Source of the DNA: Clostridia bacterium
Lineage (GTDB): Bacteria > Bacillota > Clostridia > Oscillospirales > Acutalibacteraceae
Assembly: GCA_017396175.1 (NCBI GenBank)
Contig: JAFQMR010000032.1
Location: 1-49,028, forward strand
Reading direction: 5' to 3'
Length of the DNA stretch: 49,028 nt
The first letter of the stretch is position 1, and each line of letters starts with the position of its first letter. The position numbers and the translations under genes were made by a program. This document shows, one piece after another, positions 46,501 through 49,028 of the stretch. Under the pieces are notes generated by a model that worked only from the letters and a program-made list of their open reading frames with translations, did no database searches and had not been told where the DNA came from.

Positions 46501-46540
46501 GGAGACGTATCGAAGTGGTCATAACGGGGCTGACTCGAAA
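46501..46540 (+). pseudogene. tRNA-Ser 5' fragment, unit C (nt 1-40, ends in the anticodon loop)
   Basis: GGAGACGTATCGAAGTGGTCATAACGGGGCTGACTCGAAA is identical to the intact tRNA at positions 8-40. No CGTCTCC 3' strand follows. Confidence 0.8.
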
Positions 46541-46693
46541 TTCTCGTATTCAAGTGGTAACTGTCATTTCACAAAGCCTTTAACGGTGCGGGTTTGCAGA
46601 GTAACACGGCTTTGATTCCACTTTCTTATCTAATGCACTATCTAATATAAATTTAATATCGGTTAAAACTCTATTTTAGAGTTTGACATACAC

Positions 46694-46787
46694 GGAGGGT
46701 TATCGAAGTGGTCATAACGGGGCTGACTCGAAATCAGTTGTACGGCTTAATACCGTACCAAGGGTTCGAATCCCTTACCCTCCGCCA
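46694..46787 (+). tRNA. tRNA-Ser (anticodon CGA), type II with a long variable arm and encoded CCA
   Basis: Hand-folded. Acceptor GGAGGGT/ACCCTCC, anticodon stem GCTGA/TCAGT with loop CTCGAAA, variable-arm stem GTACGG/CCGTAC, T arm AAGGG-TTCGAAT-CCCTT, discriminator G, then CCA. Confidence 0.85.
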
Positions 46788-46790
46788 AGG

Positions 46791-46827
46791 ACAATCGCAA
46801 TCTTAGGATTGCGATTGTTTTCTTTTT
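46791..46827. terminator. bidirectional terminator after tRNA-Ser
   Basis: 11-bp stem ACAATCGCAAT (46791-46801) / ATTGCGATTGT (46808-46818) followed by TTTCTTTTT. The stop codon of the minus-strand HTH gene lies in the loop. Confidence 0.7.
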
Positions 46828-47063
46828 ATCTCCCTTGCATCGTAGCTTGATATATAATACTGTCTGCCAACCTTTGTGGCAGGAAGTTTTCCTTTTTTTA
46901 TATAGCTGTAAACCGTCTTTAAACACATATCAAGATATGCTGCGGTTTGTTCTACCGTCCAAGCCTTGTGGTTTTTAATTTTGCCACCGTAATATCCGGG
47001 GATTTTAATATCCTTTTTCAATTCGTGCAAGCCTCCGTTTCTCTCTGCGTTTTTCGTTTTCAA
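46803..47063 (-). CDS. excisionase-family helix-turn-helix protein
   Basis: 'WTVEQTAAYLDMCLKTVYSYIKKGKLPATKVGRQYYISSYD' matches the excisionase/MerR-type HTH pattern. The listed start is a TTG; an internal TTG at 47021 behind GGAGG is an alternative. Confidence 0.6.
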   Translation of the reverse strand: MKTKNAERNGGLHELKKDIKIPGYYGGKIKNHKAWTVEQTAAYLDMCLKTVYSYIKKGKLPATKVGRQYYISSYDAREIKRKQSQS

Positions 47064-47637
47064 TTTCTCTTGAGCGTTTTGCCTTAAAGGTTTTTATAAG
47101 TGCTTTATATTTTTCACCTGTTGGGTTTGAAACCTTTTCAGGCGAGGATGCATAGATTATAAGTTCTTTTTTAGATATGTACTGCGTACAACCGATTTTA
47201 ATTGCCGTAAAACCGCCCTCACGCGCGATTTGATGTATCAGTTGGGGTCTACACCCTAACAGCCTTGAAACCTCCGACGTGGGCACAGCATCGGGCAGTT
47301 CTTGCCATTCAAATTTTAACCACTGCATAAACTCTTTACAGTTTTGTTTTGTGGGTTCAAGTAATACTCGCGGATGCCATTCGGTGCGATTTGAAAACAT
47401 ACCTACAAGCTCTGCAAGGAATCCCACCTCGTTTTCCATTCGCCATTTGAAGTGTTCGGCATCTTCTATAAGAACTTTGTATTTGTGAGTTGCGTGGCCT
47501 GTGTTTTCGTGTGGGATATAATTGTTATCCATCAGATATTTCATCTTGCGTGTTGAGATATGAAGATATTGCCGTAACTGACATCCGCTCATATATTCCT
47601 TTTCCATATTCTTCTCCATTAGTCCTTTGTTTTGCAA
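47005..47637 (-). CDS. DNA-binding protein with two HTH-like segments, element-encoded
   Basis: 210 aa with 'CQLRQYLHISTRKMKYLMDNNYIP' and 'TSEVSRLLGCRPQLIHQIAREGGFTAIKIGCTQYISKKEL', plus a basic C-terminal tail. The start is uncertain, with several in-frame ATGs at 47637-47592. Confidence 0.5.
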   Translation of the reverse strand: MQNKGLMEKNMEKEYMSGCQLRQYLHISTRKMKYLMDNNYIPHENTGHATHKYKVLIEDAEHFKWRMENEVGFLAELVGMFSNRTEWHPRVLLEPTKQNCKEFMQWLKFEWQELPDAVPTSEVSRLLGCRPQLIHQIAREGGFTAIKIGCTQYISKKELIIYASSPEKVSNPTGEKYKALIKTFKAKRSREIENEKRREKRRLARIEKGY

Positions 47638-48812
47638 AGCACATCGGTTATAACCGCCGCACTTGCTTTCTTACTTGCAGTATCGAGATGCCCATAAATA
47701 TTTGCTGTTGTCCCAATATCCGAGTGCCCAAGGAAGTTGGACACATTTATTAGCGGCACTTCCTTGCCGAGCAATATACTCGCAAATGTATGCCGTAGGT
47801 CGTGGAATCGTATGTGCCGTAAGCCGTATTTTTTTAGCAGGTCGCTGAAATGTGACGTTATATAGGACGGCTTTATAAGATTGCCGAGTTGGTCAACACA
47901 TACATAATCGTGATACTTTCGGTTGTAACTGCTTTTGAATAGTTTTCGGTATAATTCTTGCTTTTCTTTAACTTCAATCAACATTTCATACACGGGTTCG
48001 GGCAGAGGTAATGTGCGTCTGCTCGATTTATTTTTCATCTGTTCTTCGGGGATGGTTACGGTTTTACCGTTTTCTGTGTACTCAACTATTTTAGTATCAA
48101 GCAGTACTGACCTTTCTTCCCAGTTTATTCTTGACCATCTTACACCCAAGGCTTCACTGCGCCTGAGTCCCATACCACCGCCGAGCATTATGGCAGGATA
48201 GATTATATCATCCTTGGTGAGTTCCAACAGCGTGAGCAGTTCTTCCTCGGTGTAGTTGTCATTATTAAATTTGTTTTTCTTCGGTCTGTCGATTCGGTCG
48301 AAGGGATTTGCATCTATCATCTCATCCTTAAAGGCTATGTGGAATGCACGGCGGAGAAGAGCGTGATAATGGATAACCGTGTTTGCAACCACGCCTTCTT
48401 TAAACAAATAATCATAGAAGGCTTGGATATCTTTAGGCTTTAGATTCTCAACCGTTAGGTTTTTATGCCTTGTAAAGTACCGTTTGATTTTGCCCTCTAT
48501 CAGCATTTCATAGCTGTTGTATGTATTCATTTGAAGGTTAGGCTTTACTCTTTTCAGAAATATGCATAGGTAATCATACACGGGAATATTTGCATCGGGA
48601 CGTCCACCAAGGGCGAGTCCTCTTCCATATTCCTTTTCATATTTGTCCACCACCTCTCTATAAGCCTTGTTGACCTTTGCCTTGGGTGTGCCTTCGGGTA
48701 AGCCGAGGGTACGCCACACGGGTCTGGTTTTGCCGTTAATTTTCACTTGTATAACGGCATACAGTCTTCCGTTCTTAGCTTGAACGCTTGCCGAGAATTT
48801 GCCCGTTGTCAT
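47619..48812 (-). CDS. int: tyrosine-type site-specific integrase
   Basis: The ATG at 48812 has an AAGGAA RBS. It has an N-terminal arm-binding-type domain, the catalytic residues in 'GLRRSEALGVRW' and 'HDLRHTFASILL', and the Tyr in 'GHSDIGTTANIYGHL'. Confidence 0.88.
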   Translation of the reverse strand: MTTGKFSASVQAKNGRLYAVIQVKINGKTRPVWRTLGLPEGTPKAKVNKAYREVVDKYEKEYGRGLALGGRPDANIPVYDYLCIFLKRVKPNLQMNTYNSYEMLIEGKIKRYFTRHKNLTVENLKPKDIQAFYDYLFKEGVVANTVIHYHALLRRAFHIAFKDEMIDANPFDRIDRPKKNKFNNDNYTEEELLTLLELTKDDIIYPAIMLGGGMGLRRSEALGVRWSRINWEERSVLLDTKIVEYTENGKTVTIPEEQMKNKSSRRTLPLPEPVYEMLIEVKEKQELYRKLFKSSYNRKYHDYVCVDQLGNLIKPSYITSHFSDLLKKYGLRHIRFHDLRHTFASILLGKEVPLINVSNFLGHSDIGTTANIYGHLDTASKKASAAVITDVLCKTKD

Positions 48813-49028
48813 AAATTTCAATTCCTTTCTGTAATCTATATTGGTTTTTGCCAACAGGAACAATACCATAAGCATCTTCCGAAGTCCAGACTATTTTGGG
48901 AGTCTTGTGGCAAGAATTCTTAACGGGGTTCGAACTAAGCTCTCTTGCTCTCATAAAATTTATTAAATCTGATTTCGCAATTCGTTTTTCTCTGCCGACC
49001 TTAATTGACGGTATCGTTCCGTTGTTCA
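48775..49028 (-). CDS. partial (5'-truncated by the window edge) excisionase-like HTH protein
   Basis: An open frame from 49026 down to the TAA at 48777-48775 translates to '..NNGTIPSIKVGREKRIAKSDLINFMRARELSS..'. It overlaps the int start by 38 nt and is not in the ORF track because its start lies outside the window. Confidence 0.5.
   Translation of the reverse strand, partial: NNGTIPSIKVGREKRIAKSDLINFMRARELSSNPVKNSCHKTPKIVWTSEDAYGIVPVGKNQYRLQKGIEIYDNGQILGKRSS

Larger units (their letters stand above)
46788..49028. mobile_element. int-proximal end of an integrative element (prophage or ICE/IME) abutting tRNA-Ser; the far end lies outside the window
   Basis: A tyrosine integrase plus three excisionase/HTH-type genes sit immediately 3' of a tRNA, with lower GC than the neighbouring arg operon. 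Confidence 0.6.

Noticed and set aside
46098-46733. A CRISPR-like reading of the repeat-spacer architecture upstream of tRNA-Ser.
   Set aside because: The repeat is a tRNA 5' half rather than a palindromic CRISPR repeat of 28-37 nt. The spacers are about 150 nt, there are only 3-4 units, and no cas genes are in the window.

Overview
This 49-kb window looks like a Clostridia-type chromosome (Ruminococcaceae/Oscillospiraceae-like, judged only from protein content such as a dockerin-tagged protein). It is made of compositionally distinct blocks.

- **Block 1 (1-28.9 kb, GC-rich):** murD, an AGCS symporter, tspO, an APH-fold kinase coupled to adhE, an AI-2E transporter, mutY, an SDR, a dockerin/WG-repeat protein, a VanY-type peptidase, ilvBN-leuCD plus a cyclase-fold gene, an HTH / zinc-ribbon-LRR / Ser-Thr kinase operon, three unrecognisable small genes, nrdR, a sugar-phosphate isomerase, an ECF sigma / anti-sigma / lipoprotein set, a C39-like peptidase, an OmpR/HK two-component pair and a GH3 glycosidase.
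- **Block 2 (28.93-30.4 kb, junction):** a terminator-bounded spacer with five copies of a 9-mer, one very AT-rich orphan gene with a consensus promoter, and about 490 nt of hairpin-rich non-coding DNA.
- **Block 3 (30.4-46.0 kb, mid-GC, different codon style):** a DeoR-controlled 2-oxoacid/acetoin-type dehydrogenase operon (Zn-dehydrogenase, E2, E3, fused E1 alpha-beta) and a complete argGHCJBDF operon behind ARG-box-like palindromes.
- **Block 4 (46.0-46.8 kb):** a strong promoter followed by three truncated copies of the 5' half of tRNA-Ser at roughly 190-nt spacing, then one intact tRNA-Ser(CGA).
- **Block 5 (46.8-49.0 kb, lower GC):** the int-proximal end of an integrative element, with a tyrosine integrase and three excisionase/HTH-like genes, one cut by the window edge.

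No rRNA, CRISPR array or cas genes were seen. The most unusual items are the tRNA-half array, the junction repeat cluster, and the orphan gene with an ADP-ribosyltransferase-like N-terminal motif. All calls rest on reading the ORF translations and the DNA by eye; no database search was run.
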